Of a stretch of 64,000 bases of DNA, positions 19,711 through 30,198 are shown piece after piece. The stretch covers positions 64,001 through 128,000 of the forward strand of contig JAYTSD010000008.1 of the NCBI GenBank assembly GCA_043745805.1. Reading direction: 5' to 3'. The stretch comes from Fibrobacteria bacterium. Lineage in GTDB: Bacteria; Fibrobacterota; Fibrobacteria; UBA11236. Both the position numbers and the translations under genes were made by a program. Each line of letters starts with the position of its first letter. The first letter of the stretch is position 1. The notes under the pieces were generated by a model. It did no database searches. It saw only the letters and a list, made by a program, of their open reading frames with translations, and was not told the DNA's origin.

Positions 19711-21249
19711 TCAGCTAACTTGGCGTCTGTCAAATCCTACAATCACCTGAAGTTTATCGAATAATTCCCTCTGAGTGCAAGGTTTTTCTATTAAAGTAAA
19801 TCCTAGGAAGCGACGAATCTCTTTATCTTCGGCTGGCATTTTAGCATCTATCAACAAAGCACACCGCGCTTCCGCACTTAATTGGCTTAAAGCCAACAAA
19901 TAATAATCCCGTCCAAAATTTTCTAATTGGGAGTTTTCATTAATTAAAATGAAATCCGTACCCGAAATACCGACTTTATTCCAAGTTTGCAAGGAAGTGG
20001 CAAAATAATCCATTTGCACATGCGGTAAAGGTTCGGATGCAGCAAGGGTTTGTAATTCAGGAAAGTCTTGGGCAAAGTCTAGCAATAAAATTCTTTGTTT
20101 AAACTTGGCTAATGCCATTTGTTTACGTTTTTCTATGGGCAAATGCATAATGAAAATTGAACCTTTGTGGCGGGTAGATTCCACAAATAATTTACCACCA
20201 TGTAATTCGATAAACGATTTACTAATGGCTAAACCTAAACCATGGCCTTTGCCCTTAATATTACTTCCGCCCCCAATTTCAAATTTATCGAAAATGGTTT
20301 CCATATCGGCTTGGGAAATGCCCGGGCCAGAATCTTGTATGGAAAAAACCAAGGCATTGCCTTGTTGATCGGTACGAATAGTAATTTTGCCTTTGGCTTT
20401 GGAAAATTTAATGGCATTGCCTAATAAATTAGTGAAGACGCGACTTAATTTTTGCACATCTAAATACATATCGGGCACCGATTTGAGCTGTAATTCAATG
20501 CCAATAGATTTGGTATCGGCTAAACCTTTAAGTGAGTCTACCGCTAATTCCACTTCGCGAATAAAATTCACTTTTTCCAATTTAAGCTGTAATTTACCTG
20601 CCCCAATTTTTGCCGAATCTAATAAGTCGGTAACCATATCAATGAGAAATTGACAATTACGATGAATGGTGCGAATCGGTTCTAACTGCGAAGCTTGCAA
20701 GTTACCTAATACACCTTCCATCAATAACTCGGCATAACAAATCATGGCCGCTAGAGGCGAACGTAAATCATGCACGGCCATTTGTAAAAAATCATTTTGA
20801 TAATTGAGATTCGCTTGTTGTTGACCAATGCGTGCATTTAAACGATGACTAATAATTTGATGCGAAAGTATTTTAGATTTTAAAGTTAAACGCGATTCCA
20901 AGCGTGATTTAAATAGTTGTCCATCGTCTTGGGCATCCCAAACAAAGGCAACGCCTTGTTCATAGCGCAAAACTTTTTCGGCAACCGAAATGGGCGTGAG
21001 CTGCACTAAAAAAGTATTGGGTAACACGACGGTTTCCCAACCTCCGTTAATCATCGCTTGATTAAAAAAATCAAATTGATTGGCATCGATTAAAAAAACA
21101 TGTGCAAAAGCGGACTGGTCCAAAGTGGGCAAGTCGGCAAATGCCAAAGATTGCATGGGAAAGGCCTCTAAAATTTTCCGCACATGGGATTCCACATCGC
21201 GATTTTGCGCGAGCAAATAAATTTTAGGGAGAATTATTTCCGTGGCCAT
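19711..21249 (-). CDS. Histidine kinase flanked by degenerate receiver-like domains
   Basis: HDLRSPL, NLLGNAIKF, DSGPGI, GHGLGL boxes. Confidence 0.88.
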   Translation of the reverse strand: MATEIILPKIYLLAQNRDVESHVRKILEAFPMQSLAFADLPTLDQSAFAHVFLIDANQFDFFNQAMINGGWETVVLPNTFLVQLTPISVAEKVLRYEQGVAFVWDAQDDGQLFKSRLESRLTLKSKILSHQIISHRLNARIGQQQANLNYQNDFLQMAVHDLRSPLAAMICYAELLMEGVLGNLQASQLEPIRTIHRNCQFLIDMVTDLLDSAKIGAGKLQLKLEKVNFIREVELAVDSLKGLADTKSIGIELQLKSVPDMYLDVQKLSRVFTNLLGNAIKFSKAKGKITIRTDQQGNALVFSIQDSGPGISQADMETIFDKFEIGGGSNIKGKGHGLGLAISKSFIELHGGKLFVESTRHKGSIFIMHLPIEKRKQMALAKFKQRILLLDFAQDFPELQTLAASEPLPHVQMDYFATSLQTWNKVGISGTDFILINENSQLENFGRDYYLLALSQLSAEARCALLIDAKMPAEDKEIRRFLGFTLIEKPCTQRELFDKLQVIVGFDRRQVS

Positions 21250-21255
21250 ATTTTT

Positions 21256-22596
21256 TTAATCGTCATGAATTTTATATTCATTCAATTTATTCCGCAAGGT
21301 GCGAATACTGATATTCAACATTTCTGCCGCCTTGGTGCGATTGTCACCACAAGCGTCTAGGGTTTTTAAAATAAGTAAACGTTCCGCCTCGGCAACACTC
21401 ATTCCCGCAGCCAAAGGAGAATCCATGGTGGATTGGGTTTTTAGTACATCCATTTTCAAATGTTCTACGTTAATATCTTGGCATTTAGCAAATACTACGG
21501 CGCGTTGTACCACATTTTCTAATTCACGCACATTGCCAGGCCAAGCATGACTTTTTAAACGCATCATCGCTTCAGGTCGAATGCCTGCCACAGTAAATCC
21601 ATTCTCTTGATTATAACGATTGATAAAGTGTTCCACTAAAGCTTCTATGTCACTCATTCTTTCCCGCAGCGGAGGTACCGCCAAAGGGATTACATTTAAA
21701 CGATAATATAAATCTTCCCGAAAACACCCTTTCGCCACTTCTTCCTGCAAATTTCTATTGGTTATGCAAACAATACGAACATCGATAGGAATTTCATCAC
21801 TGCCTCCAATTTTGGTAATTTCTCTTTCTTGCAAAACGCGTAATAATTTACTTTGCGCATAAAGTGGCATTTCCCCTATTTCATCTAACATTAAGGTGCC
21901 GCCATTGGCTAATTCGAATTTCCCTATACGCGTTTTAATGGCGCCCGTATAAGATCCTTTTTCATGCCCAAATAATTCGCTCTCAATCAAACTTTCAGGA
22001 ATAGCTGCACAATTAATCTTTACAAAGGGGAAACCCGCACGTTTACTTTTATTATGAATAGCCTGGGCCATTAATTCTTTGCCTGTCCCACTTTCGCCGG
22101 TGATCAATACCGTAGAATTAGAAGCCGCAATTTCGTCGATAGTATGCATTAAAGTGGCTACTGACGGGCTTTGTCCTACAAAGGCATAACGGCTCGATAA
22201 GGTTTCACGCAAGCGACGATTTTCTTTTTGCAAACCACGGATTTGCAAAACTTGTGCCACCGTATGTTCTAGAATATCGATTTGAAATGGTTTCTCAATA
22301 AAATCTTGCACACCTAATTTCATGGCTTTAACCGCTGTTTCAATTGTGCCATAAGCGGTCATAAGTATCATGCATAAATTAGGATCCATGCCCAATAATT
22401 TTTCCGCTAATTCTAATCCATTCATGCCTGGCATTTTAAAATCGGAGATCACCAAATCGGTTTTACCCGGCTCAAAGCTTTCCAATAAGTCCTGGCCGCT
22501 GCGCTTAGTTTTAACTTTATAGCCTTGGCGCGTTAAGCTCGTGGAGATTAAATCTCGCATTAATTCTTCATCATCTACTACAATTATTTCTGCCAT
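21256..22596 (-). CDS. Sigma54-dependent response regulator (NtrC/AtoC family, FlgR/FleR-like)
   Basis: REC domain, GESGTGKE, GSYTGA (GAFTGA variant), WPGNVREL, Fis-type HTH ending ISIRTLRNKLNEY. Confidence 0.93.
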   Translation of the reverse strand: MAEIIVVDDEELMRDLISTSLTRQGYKVKTKRSGQDLLESFEPGKTDLVISDFKMPGMNGLELAEKLLGMDPNLCMILMTAYGTIETAVKAMKLGVQDFIEKPFQIDILEHTVAQVLQIRGLQKENRRLRETLSSRYAFVGQSPSVATLMHTIDEIAASNSTVLITGESGTGKELMAQAIHNKSKRAGFPFVKINCAAIPESLIESELFGHEKGSYTGAIKTRIGKFELANGGTLMLDEIGEMPLYAQSKLLRVLQEREITKIGGSDEIPIDVRIVCITNRNLQEEVAKGCFREDLYYRLNVIPLAVPPLRERMSDIEALVEHFINRYNQENGFTVAGIRPEAMMRLKSHAWPGNVRELENVVQRAVVFAKCQDINVEHLKMDVLKTQSTMDSPLAAGMSVAEAERLLILKTLDACGDNRTKAAEMLNISIRTLRNKLNEYKIHDD

Positions 22597-23852
22597 ACAC
22601 TCCCTCGAGAATCAATGCGAATTTCAAACTGGGTGCAAATCCCTAATTCGCTAGTCACTTTAATATTGCCCCCATGTAATTCAATAATTCGTTGAACTAT
22701 GGCTAGGCCGAGGCCAGTGCCTTGTTCTTTAGTAGTAAAAAAAGGATTAAATATTTTATCCAAATTTTCTTTGGGAATACCTTTGCCATTGTCTATAACG
22801 GAAACCAATAAAAAATCATCGGCATCCAAAGCCACCTTGATAGTCAGTATGCCTTGTGCTTCAATGGATTGAATCGCATTAAAAATTAAATTGAATAATA
22901 CTTGTTGAAATTTCTCCGGATCGATTTGTGCTTCTAATTTAGGAAAGCTATAATCGCGCTCAATAGCAATATTTTTTCCATCTTTAGCTATTTCCAATTC
23001 GGCATAACGCAAAATATCTTCCACCCATTGAATAATATCTAGGCGTTGCAATTGCAATTCCATCGGACGGGTAAACACTAATAAATTGGAAACAATTTTA
23101 TTCAGGCTAGAAACCCCTTGCACAATTTTGCGTACCAAATTGCGACGCGGATCGTCACTATCCAAATCGCGTTCTAATAAACCAGCAAAGCCACCGATAC
23201 CCGCCAAAGGATTACGTATCTCATGCGCTACCGTAGCCGCCATTTCCCCTAAAGCTGCCAAAGTTTTGGCATGCTGCATTTGTTTTTCCATTTGCTTCAT
23301 GGCCGTTAAATCGGTGGAAACTTCTACCGCGCCCAACAGTTCCCCTTGCGAGCCGCGCACCAATTTAGTGGTATAACCCACCGGTTTAAGCGAAGCGCCC
23401 ACTTTCCAATATTTTTCATGCCCACTTAAATTGCGTTTGCTATCAAGTGATTCTAGTAAGGGAAAATGATTTTCGCCCATGGCATGAAAAACTTCGGCAT
23501 AAGGTTTACCCAAGGCTTTTTCGGTCGGCATCGCATAAATGCGCTCTGCGGCCTGATTATAAAGAGTAATAGTTTTCTCTGTATCAATCATGATCACCGA
23601 GGTGTCCAAACTTTCAAGCACGGATCGCATTTGATTTTCTAGGCGTTCCGTTTCTGCTAAGGATTGAATGAGCTTACGATTTTTATCTTCCAATTCTTGG
23701 CTGATTTTATCGAACTTGACGCCAATATCTTTATAAGCCGTCTCTAATTTATTAACCGTGGTATTAAACCATTCGAATACTTCGTGCATTTGTGTTTGCG
23801 CTTCAGGAGGCAAATCACGTCCCAACATGTTCAAGGGATTCGTGGCGCTCAC
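22584..23852 (-). CDS. Cytoplasmic PAS histidine kinase (FlgS/FleS/NtrB-like)
   Basis: N-terminal coiled coil, [23 protein letters not shown]. Confidence 0.9.
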   Translation of the reverse strand: MSATNPLNMLGRDLPPEAQTQMHEVFEWFNTTVNKLETAYKDIGVKFDKISQELEDKNRKLIQSLAETERLENQMRSVLESLDTSVIMIDTEKTITLYNQAAERIYAMPTEKALGKPYAEVFHAMGENHFPLLESLDSKRNLSGHEKYWKVGASLKPVGYTTKLVRGSQGELLGAVEVSTDLTAMKQMEKQMQHAKTLAALGEMAATVAHEIRNPLAGIGGFAGLLERDLDSDDPRRNLVRKIVQGVSSLNKIVSNLLVFTRPMELQLQRLDIIQWVEDILRYAELEIAKDGKNIAIERDYSFPKLEAQIDPEKFQQVLFNLIFNAIQSIEAQGILTIKVALDADDFLLVSVIDNGKGIPKENLDKIFNPFFTTKEQGTGLGLAIVQRIIELHGGNIKVTSELGICTQFEIRIDSRGSVWQK

Positions 23853-24256
23853 TTCATGCCACGATAAAGATTTAAACGCTCTTCAAGCCCTGCTGGAGGC
23901 AGTGGCGCAGTCTCAAATGAATCCGCATGTCGTACTTGTATCCCTTGCGCTAAGGTTTCTAATTCCGCGAGTAAAGTTTCCGCTTCACCCATTAAAATTT
24001 TTTGACGCTGAGTTTTTTCGAATTGAGAAAGTTTTTCAAGCAGCGGGCGAAGCGCATTTTTTTTGGCTTGCAAGGTCTCGGTAGCTAAAGTGAATTGAGC
24101 AATTAGTTCGGTTAGGCCTTCGGAGGAGGATTGCTGAGACTTTTGTAAAAATTGCACTTGCAAAACTTCGAGTCTACGAAAGGATTGCACATGCTCACGC
24201 AATAGGCTGGTAAAAAGCGCGAGTGGGAAAATTTTTTCAATTTCCAATTCCTTCAT
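23849..24256 (-). CDS. Helical hypothetical protein, possibly FlgN-like (start moved from 24331 to ATG 24256)
   Basis: Leu-rich helical sequence; overlaps both neighbours, consistent with translational coupling. Confidence 0.55.
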   Translation of the reverse strand: MKELEIEKIFPLALFTSLLREHVQSFRRLEVLQVQFLQKSQQSSSEGLTELIAQFTLATETLQAKKNALRPLLEKLSQFEKTQRQKILMGEAETLLAELETLAQGIQVRHADSFETAPLPPAGLEERLNLYRGMK

Positions 24257-26444
24257 ATTGCTTTCGCCAAATTGTATCCTCTCTTTGCCATTTAGCCTGA
24301 GCGGCCCAATAACTATAAGGGTAATTATCAATTACCACCTTGTACTCGTTCAAGGCCATTTCGTAATTACTGGTTTCTTTATAGATGTTTGCCAATTGAT
24401 AGTGCACCCAAGAGCCGTCCTTAAAGCGTGGATCACGTTTAGCAATAGCCTGATATTCTTTTTTAGCCTCGGCCCAATTTTTATTTTTGAATTCAAAATC
24501 AGCGATTTGCACTTGTGATTCCGAACAAATGATATTCAATGCGGAATCGGTACAGTCATTGGAAGCCTTGCGAAAAAATTCTAAACCCTTTTCGGTATTC
24601 GCCGAACGCATATGCAAAGCCCCTAACTTGGCCCAAAGCTTTGCCTTCTTGTGCCTTTCGGTGGCGCTTTGAGCAGATTTTTCCAAATAACCGACCCACT
24701 TTTTAATATCCTGCGAAAGCTCCCCTACTTCCACCAAACGATCCTCTAAATTTTCATCTGAAGGCCCACCGGAACGCTTCGCTTTCAACCCATTCAGTAA
24801 ACGCTCGGCTTTTTCCCATGATTTTTTTTGCAAATGTGCTAAAGCTAAAAGGTATTGCGTTTGCGAGTTCAATTCGGAATCGGGAGTTAAGGATTTTAAT
24901 AATTCTTCGGTTTGTGCCAAGGCATTATCGTTTAATCCTAGTTGCAAATAGATGGTGGCCATATCTAAAGCTGCCACATCGGCGTATTCCGAGCCCCCAA
25001 ATTGCAAAATAATTTGCTTGAATTGATTAATCGCTTTTTCAAATCTCTCTTGTTTGTAGAGCTCTACCGCTTGATCTAGAGAGCCTCTGGCCTTACTCGC
25101 ATCATTCACACTATAAAACAAATAGCCTTCAACTGGCTTTGCGTGTGCAATCCGCAAAGTTAATTTTGCTACCTGCGATTTTGCCGATGGCAATTCCGTT
25201 TTCAACTCTGCATTCTGTTCTGTTTCGGATTTTATTTCCTCGGCATTATTTTCACCTTCTCGGTGATCCTTAGCCTTTTCATTTTCAGCAGTTTTTTTAA
25301 CTGCGGTATTTTCCGTGATATGTTCATTTTTATCAGCTATCGACTCAGTAACATTTGTGTTACCATGCAATTCTTGTAACCAAGTCTGCACTTGTTGCTT
25401 TGCATTTTCATCCGTGCTCACTTGCAAATATTTTTGATATTCACTTTCAGCCGCTTTTTTTTGTTTTTGGTTTTGATAAATTCGCCCTAAAAAATAATGG
25501 ACATTTTTGCCTTTTTCGGGATAAGCCTCACTGCGTTTAAAATTATATAAGGCCTTAGCATAATCGCCTTCTTGAAAACGAATTAAGCCACCCACATAGA
25601 ACGCACCGGCATGGCGCGGATTTTTATTCAAACATTCGCGTAAAGCTTTTTGTGCTAAATCCGTTTCGTTGGCATGATAATGCTGCAAGGCATTTGCAAA
25701 CTCTGGGCTGGCATAGACGCCCGTTTGCTGCGGTGCGGATAAGTTTGCGTCAAAAATAGTTTGATTATTTGCCGAAGGCTTTGCTTGTGGTAAAGGGTCT
25801 TCGCTTGCTTTAATTTTGGGCAACTCTTTAGACTTAGGCGTTTTATTCACGTCCGCTTTTATCGGCTCAGGATGATTGTCTTTTGCAGGAATCGTTTTAG
25901 CTTCAGGTGGTGCGTGGTCTTCTTCGGCTGCGACACCCTGATAAGGTGGACTTTCGATATTCGCAAATCTTTTTTGCGCACGATTTTTTTGTGCTGGATC
26001 TTGACTTAAATCGATTAATTTTCGCCACTCTAATTTGGCTTTATCTTTATCGCCATTTTTTTCATAAACCTGTGCTAAAGCTTCTTGAACATTTAATAAA
26101 CTCGGTTTTTTCTTAAGCGCTACTTTATAATTATCAGCAGCAAGCTTATAATTGCCCTGCTGCATACGGATTTTGCCAATTTCAGCATAGATCTCAGCTG
26201 CATCGGGATGCTCGCTTAAATAAAGGCGATACTCTTGTACCGCCTTATCATAATTTCCTTTTTCAATCCATTTTTGCGCAGACTCTAAACGCACATCGTC
26301 TTGTGCTGCGAAACTGGTTGTGCAAGCTAAGGCTAAACAAACCAGTATCCCAAAAAAATGCGAAGAGATCTTAACGCTTGTCAAAGCGTAGTACTCGCAC
26401 TTGCACCACATTGCTGATTTTTTGTAAAGATTCCAACAGAGCAT
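24237..26444 (-). CDS. Exported multi-TPR protein (true start probably TTG near 26384)
   Basis: Signal peptide (FFGILVCLALACTTSFAA) and many TPRs separated by Pro/Glu/Lys-rich linkers. Confidence 0.8.
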   Translation of the reverse strand: MLCWNLYKKSAMWCKCEYYALTSVKISSHFFGILVCLALACTTSFAAQDDVRLESAQKWIEKGNYDKAVQEYRLYLSEHPDAAEIYAEIGKIRMQQGNYKLAADNYKVALKKKPSLLNVQEALAQVYEKNGDKDKAKLEWRKLIDLSQDPAQKNRAQKRFANIESPPYQGVAAEEDHAPPEAKTIPAKDNHPEPIKADVNKTPKSKELPKIKASEDPLPQAKPSANNQTIFDANLSAPQQTGVYASPEFANALQHYHANETDLAQKALRECLNKNPRHAGAFYVGGLIRFQEGDYAKALYNFKRSEAYPEKGKNVHYFLGRIYQNQKQKKAAESEYQKYLQVSTDENAKQQVQTWLQELHGNTNVTESIADKNEHITENTAVKKTAENEKAKDHREGENNAEEIKSETEQNAELKTELPSAKSQVAKLTLRIAHAKPVEGYLFYSVNDASKARGSLDQAVELYKQERFEKAINQFKQIILQFGGSEYADVAALDMATIYLQLGLNDNALAQTEELLKSLTPDSELNSQTQYLLALAHLQKKSWEKAERLLNGLKAKRSGGPSDENLEDRLVEVGELSQDIKKWVGYLEKSAQSATERHKKAKLWAKLGALHMRSANTEKGLEFFRKASNDCTDSALNIICSESQVQIADFEFKNKNWAEAKKEYQAIAKRDPRFKDGSWVHYQLANIYKETSNYEMALNEYKVVIDNYPYSYWAAQAKWQREDTIWRKQYEGIGN

Positions 26445-27558
26445 TTGGCAATTCCGCTTCTAAATCAATAATATTATAGCCTATCTTACCATTGCTTTCA
26501 TTGGTATATGCTTGAATATTTAATCCGGCTCCACCCAAAACCTGAGTAATATGCGCAATCATATTAGGAACATCTTTGTTTATCACAATAATACGTGTTT
26601 GCGTGCTTTGTTGGGGAAACACTTCTATTGTTGGAAAATTCACTGAGTTATGCACCACGCCGTATTCCAAATACTCTTTGGTTTGCTTAACCGCCATCAC
26701 CGCACAATTTTCTTCGGACTCCGCAGTGCTTGCGCCCAAATGCGGTGTGCAAATTACTGCAGGATTTTCAATTAAGGTTTTAGTAGGGAAATCGGTAATA
26801 TAAGCCGAGACTTTACCACTAGTAATTCCTTTGAGCACCGCCTCATCATCATAAATCCCTTTGCGTGCATAGTTCAAAAGAATGGCGTTGCCTTTTAGTT
26901 TTGCGATGCGTTCATCATTGATTAAATGTTTGGTTTTATCGCTTAAAGGAACATGCACAGAAATGACATCACAATGCTGTACGATATAATCAACCGTATG
27001 GGCAATTTCAACTTTAGGATTGAGTAAATGCACATTAGCAATGGTAGGAAAAGGATCGTAGCCAATGACATTCATCCCATGATCAATTCCATAATTCGAA
27101 ACCAATACACCAATTTTTCCTAAGCCAATAACGCCTAAAGTTTTGCCGGCCAATTCCATGCCAGTATAGTTTGCTTTACCCTTTTCCACTTTTTCGGAAA
27201 TTACTTTTTCATCGGTTTCTTTAGCCAAGGATAAAGTAAACTCCAAACTTTTATGAATTTTACGCGCGGCAATACCCATCATAATAAATACTAACTCGGC
27301 TACCGCATTCGCATTGGCTCCAGGCGTATTGAAAATACAAACCCCTTTTTCGGTAGCTTTATCAATAGTGATATTGTTAACACCTGCACCTGCTCGAGCA
27401 ATTGATATGGCCGTAGGAAAATTATCCGTATCCACCAAAGCACTACGAACCAAAATTGCATCCGGTTGGCTTTCTTCTGATTGCACCGCATAACCCTCAC
27501 CAAATAGTTTTAGGCCCTGAGGCGAAATATTATTAAGGGTTTTAATTTTATACGGCAT
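26371..27558 (-). CDS. serA: D-3-phosphoglycerate dehydrogenase with C-terminal ACT domain
   Basis: ARAGAGVNNI, NTPGANANAVAEL, GLGKIG, TPHLGAST, NSVNFP. Confidence 0.92.
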   Translation of the reverse strand: MPYKIKTLNNISPQGLKLFGEGYAVQSEESQPDAILVRSALVDTDNFPTAISIARAGAGVNNITIDKATEKGVCIFNTPGANANAVAELVFIMMGIAARKIHKSLEFTLSLAKETDEKVISEKVEKGKANYTGMELAGKTLGVIGLGKIGVLVSNYGIDHGMNVIGYDPFPTIANVHLLNPKVEIAHTVDYIVQHCDVISVHVPLSDKTKHLINDERIAKLKGNAILLNYARKGIYDDEAVLKGITSGKVSAYITDFPTKTLIENPAVICTPHLGASTAESEENCAVMAVKQTKEYLEYGVVHNSVNFPTIEVFPQQSTQTRIIVINKDVPNMIAHITQVLGGAGLNIQAYTNESNGKIGYNIIDLEAELPNALLESLQKISNVVQVRVLRFDKR

Positions 27559-27835
27559 AAAGCTTCCTTTGCTGATAACTATCTAAGAACTTTGCGAAAA
27601 GTAAAAGTCTTGAGCCCGATTTAAAGGGGATTTACGAATTTTCATGTAATTAAATGTCTCCGGAGGCCTTACCTGTAAACTCTGGTCATTTGATCGTATG
27701 ACTAGAGCATATTGAACGAGTTTGAAGTAAAGAAAGTGGACTCTAAAACAAAAAAGAGTCTCAAGCAATGCTCAAAACTCTTCTTCGATTTTTTTTAGGT
27801 ACCCAGATAACTTTTAAAAAACTCTTTAAAAATTA

Positions 27836-28549
27836 TTAGGGATGAACTGGAGGCTGGCCAACCACATCGGTTATGGTAGTTACCGGTGGAGCGGGCTTGG
27901 GTTTTAAATAATCATAAGCAAAATAACCAGCACCACCTAAAATTGCCATAGCCAAAGGGAATTCCCAATAGAAGGCATTATTTTTACGGGTGATTTTATT
28001 TTCCAAACGCTTATTCCATTTAAAGGCCATGGTTATTACGCCAAAATCTTCTTGCACTTCGTATTCCAAATCAAATGCTGTGAAAAGTGTAACGCGCACC
28101 ACATCGCGTAAATCAGGCTTCATACCTTCAACATCTTTATTTAAATCCAGCTTAAACAATTCCACGGTGCTATTGCTAATGGGATGTTCATGAATCGCAT
28201 CCATTATACTTTCACCGATTTTTGTATCGTAAAAATCAAATACAATAGCCTTTTTAATGGGATCATAATAGTTGAAATAGGCGGAAGGTTTTTCGGTTAG
28301 TAAAAAAACCACGCTTAGTTCTTTAGAGTCGGGAGTGGCGCCAATTTTTTTATTGAATTGTACCCCTTCAATGGTACAAATAACGCCTTGTTCATCCTTG
28401 GTAATTGTTGGAGCTTCGGGGGCATCGACTAAATCTTCGTATTGAGCAAATGAAGTAGCACAAAAAATGGAAGCGACTAACCCTAGAATTTGTATCGGCT
28501 TTTTTAACACGACCAACCTTTCGATACTGTTTAATCTAAAATAGGCCAA
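27836..28549 (-). CDS. Exported AMIN-like domain protein with C-terminal membrane anchor
   Basis: Signal peptide; YYDP.KKAIVFDFYDT and VVRVTL resemble AMIN strands; C-terminal TM helix and Pro-rich tail. Confidence 0.5.
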   Translation of the reverse strand: MAYFRLNSIERLVVLKKPIQILGLVASIFCATSFAQYEDLVDAPEAPTITKDEQGVICTIEGVQFNKKIGATPDSKELSVVFLLTEKPSAYFNYYDPIKKAIVFDFYDTKIGESIMDAIHEHPISNSTVELFKLDLNKDVEGMKPDLRDVVRVTLFTAFDLEYEVQEDFGVITMAFKWNKRLENKITRKNNAFYWEFPLAMAILGGAGYFAYDYLKPKPAPPVTTITDVVGQPPVHP

Positions 28550-28704
28550 TAATCGACCCTGTCAATTGATTTGGCTTTAATCCACGCTTTTAAGATAAAA
28601 ATTCCCGTCAAAAAGAAAGGCTAACCCTAGCGAAAAGGAAAGAAAAAATCGGGTAGCCCGAAAGGACTTCCGTTTTTGGAGTTTAAGGAAGGAAAAATCA
28701 AAAG

Positions 28705-30198
28705 CTATAGTCCATTCACAGCCAGCCACTCATTTAAAACAGCCAATGTTGCTGGTGTTAATTGCCCTGAAGGAGGCATTGGAATTGTTGAAGAGTTAAT
28801 TCGACTTTTAAAATTTACAACGTCCGCCCTTACAATTGTTTCATCAGCCCAACTTTTTTGCGGGGCACCAGAAGGAATATTTCCCACGTGGCAACTATTA
28901 CAGCTTACTGAAGTAATTGCTGCCACATCCGCAAAATTAGCCTTCACGATCACACTAAAAGCATTTGTCTTGGTGCCATCAGAACTCGTAGCTGTTACTG
29001 TGGCACTTCCTCTAGACTGGCCATAATACAGCGTCCCGCTAATAAGCACGGATGCATTGCTGCTAGCGAGCGAATAGCTCGTATTTGTTGGGCTCGAAGG
29101 ATTCCAAACAACTGAAGTGTTGTGCCAACCATCGGCATGAACAATCGAAGTCGCTCCGGATACCGTCAAACCAATAACCGGCGTAGTCACCGTAACATTA
29201 AAGCTACTCGCTGCCGTACCCGTACTATTATCAGTTGCCGTGATGGAAACGGAAGTATTCACCACATCGCAAATTCCGGTTATAGTTTTAGCTGCATTGT
29301 CCACAATCACACAATTCGATGAACTTACCATACTAAAAGTTTGATCTGTGCTGGCAGATGGCAAAATAGTAGGCGCAATTACCAGACTCGAGCCGCCTTT
29401 AAATAAACTTTTTGCAGCTACCGTAATACTCGTGGGATGAATAGGCTGCACCGTGGCATTAAAAGTTCCGGTGACCGACCCACTTACTGAAGTGATAGTA
29501 ATTAAAGTGGTTCCCACGCTGACGCCGAAAAGATTATGTCCCGAAACGGTTACCCCTGCCCCACCACTCGCAAGCGTATAAGCGATATTGGTGGCATCAC
29601 TGGGCGCTACGGTTACCGCGGGTGTTACAGTTTGCCCAACAGCCAAAGAAATGGGTGACGCCGAAACCGACGTGACCGGAACGAAGGCCGCTTGCACGGT
29701 AACTTGAAAAGTACTTTGTGCACTTCCATCATGGGAACTTATGGTGATTTGCGCATTGCCCAGATTAATGGCCTTTAAAGTGTCGCCAGCAATAGCAACC
29801 ACAGATAAATTGGAACTAATGAGCGAATAGGTTTTATCGCTGGCTGTGACAGGAAGAACTCCAATGGCAGGAAGTGTATCTTGCCCTTTAATCAAAACCA
29901 TATCTAAAGCCGAAAGTGACGCCACAGGAACAGTAACCGTAATCACATGCGCCGAAAAAGTAGTTACCCATCCCCTATCATTAGTGGTAAGGGTTATAGT
30001 CGCCGTGCCTTGTTTTACACCGATTAAGGAATCGCCCTTTATGGACACTATAGAAGAATCGGAACTCGTTAAGTTATAACTTTTATCAGTAGCATTAGTA
30101 GGTGTAAAGGAAATGCTGGGCAAGGCGACTTGCCCGAGATTAAGATTTATGGATGCAGCAGAGACACTAGTTAGGGGGTAAAAAAAAAATCTATCCAC
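28705..30198 (-). CDS. C-terminal part of Ig-repeat/cytochrome c surface protein (5 Big_2-like repeats plus 1 CxxCH domain); probably the -1 frame continuation of 30171..32273
   Basis: Repeats of P..A(T/S)(D/N)..Y.L.S....V......L.G...G...IT; CNSCH...MPP; no signal peptide or RBS. Confidence 0.8.
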   Translation of the reverse strand: MDRFFFYPLTSVSAASINLNLGQVALPSISFTPTNATDKSYNLTSSDSSIVSIKGDSLIGVKQGTATITLTTNDRGWVTTFSAHVITVTVPVASLSALDMVLIKGQDTLPAIGVLPVTASDKTYSLISSNLSVVAIAGDTLKAINLGNAQITISSHDGSAQSTFQVTVQAAFVPVTSVSASPISLAVGQTVTPAVTVAPSDATNIAYTLASGGAGVTVSGHNLFGVSVGTTLITITSVSGSVTGTFNATVQPIHPTSITVAAKSLFKGGSSLVIAPTILPSASTDQTFSMVSSSNCVIVDNAAKTITGICDVVNTSVSITATDNSTGTAASSFNVTVTTPVIGLTVSGATSIVHADGWHNTSVVWNPSSPTNTSYSLASSNASVLISGTLYYGQSRGSATVTATSSDGTKTNAFSVIVKANFADVAAITSVSCNSCHVGNIPSGAPQKSWADETIVRADVVNFKSRINSSTIPMPPSGQLTPATLAVLNEWLAVNGL

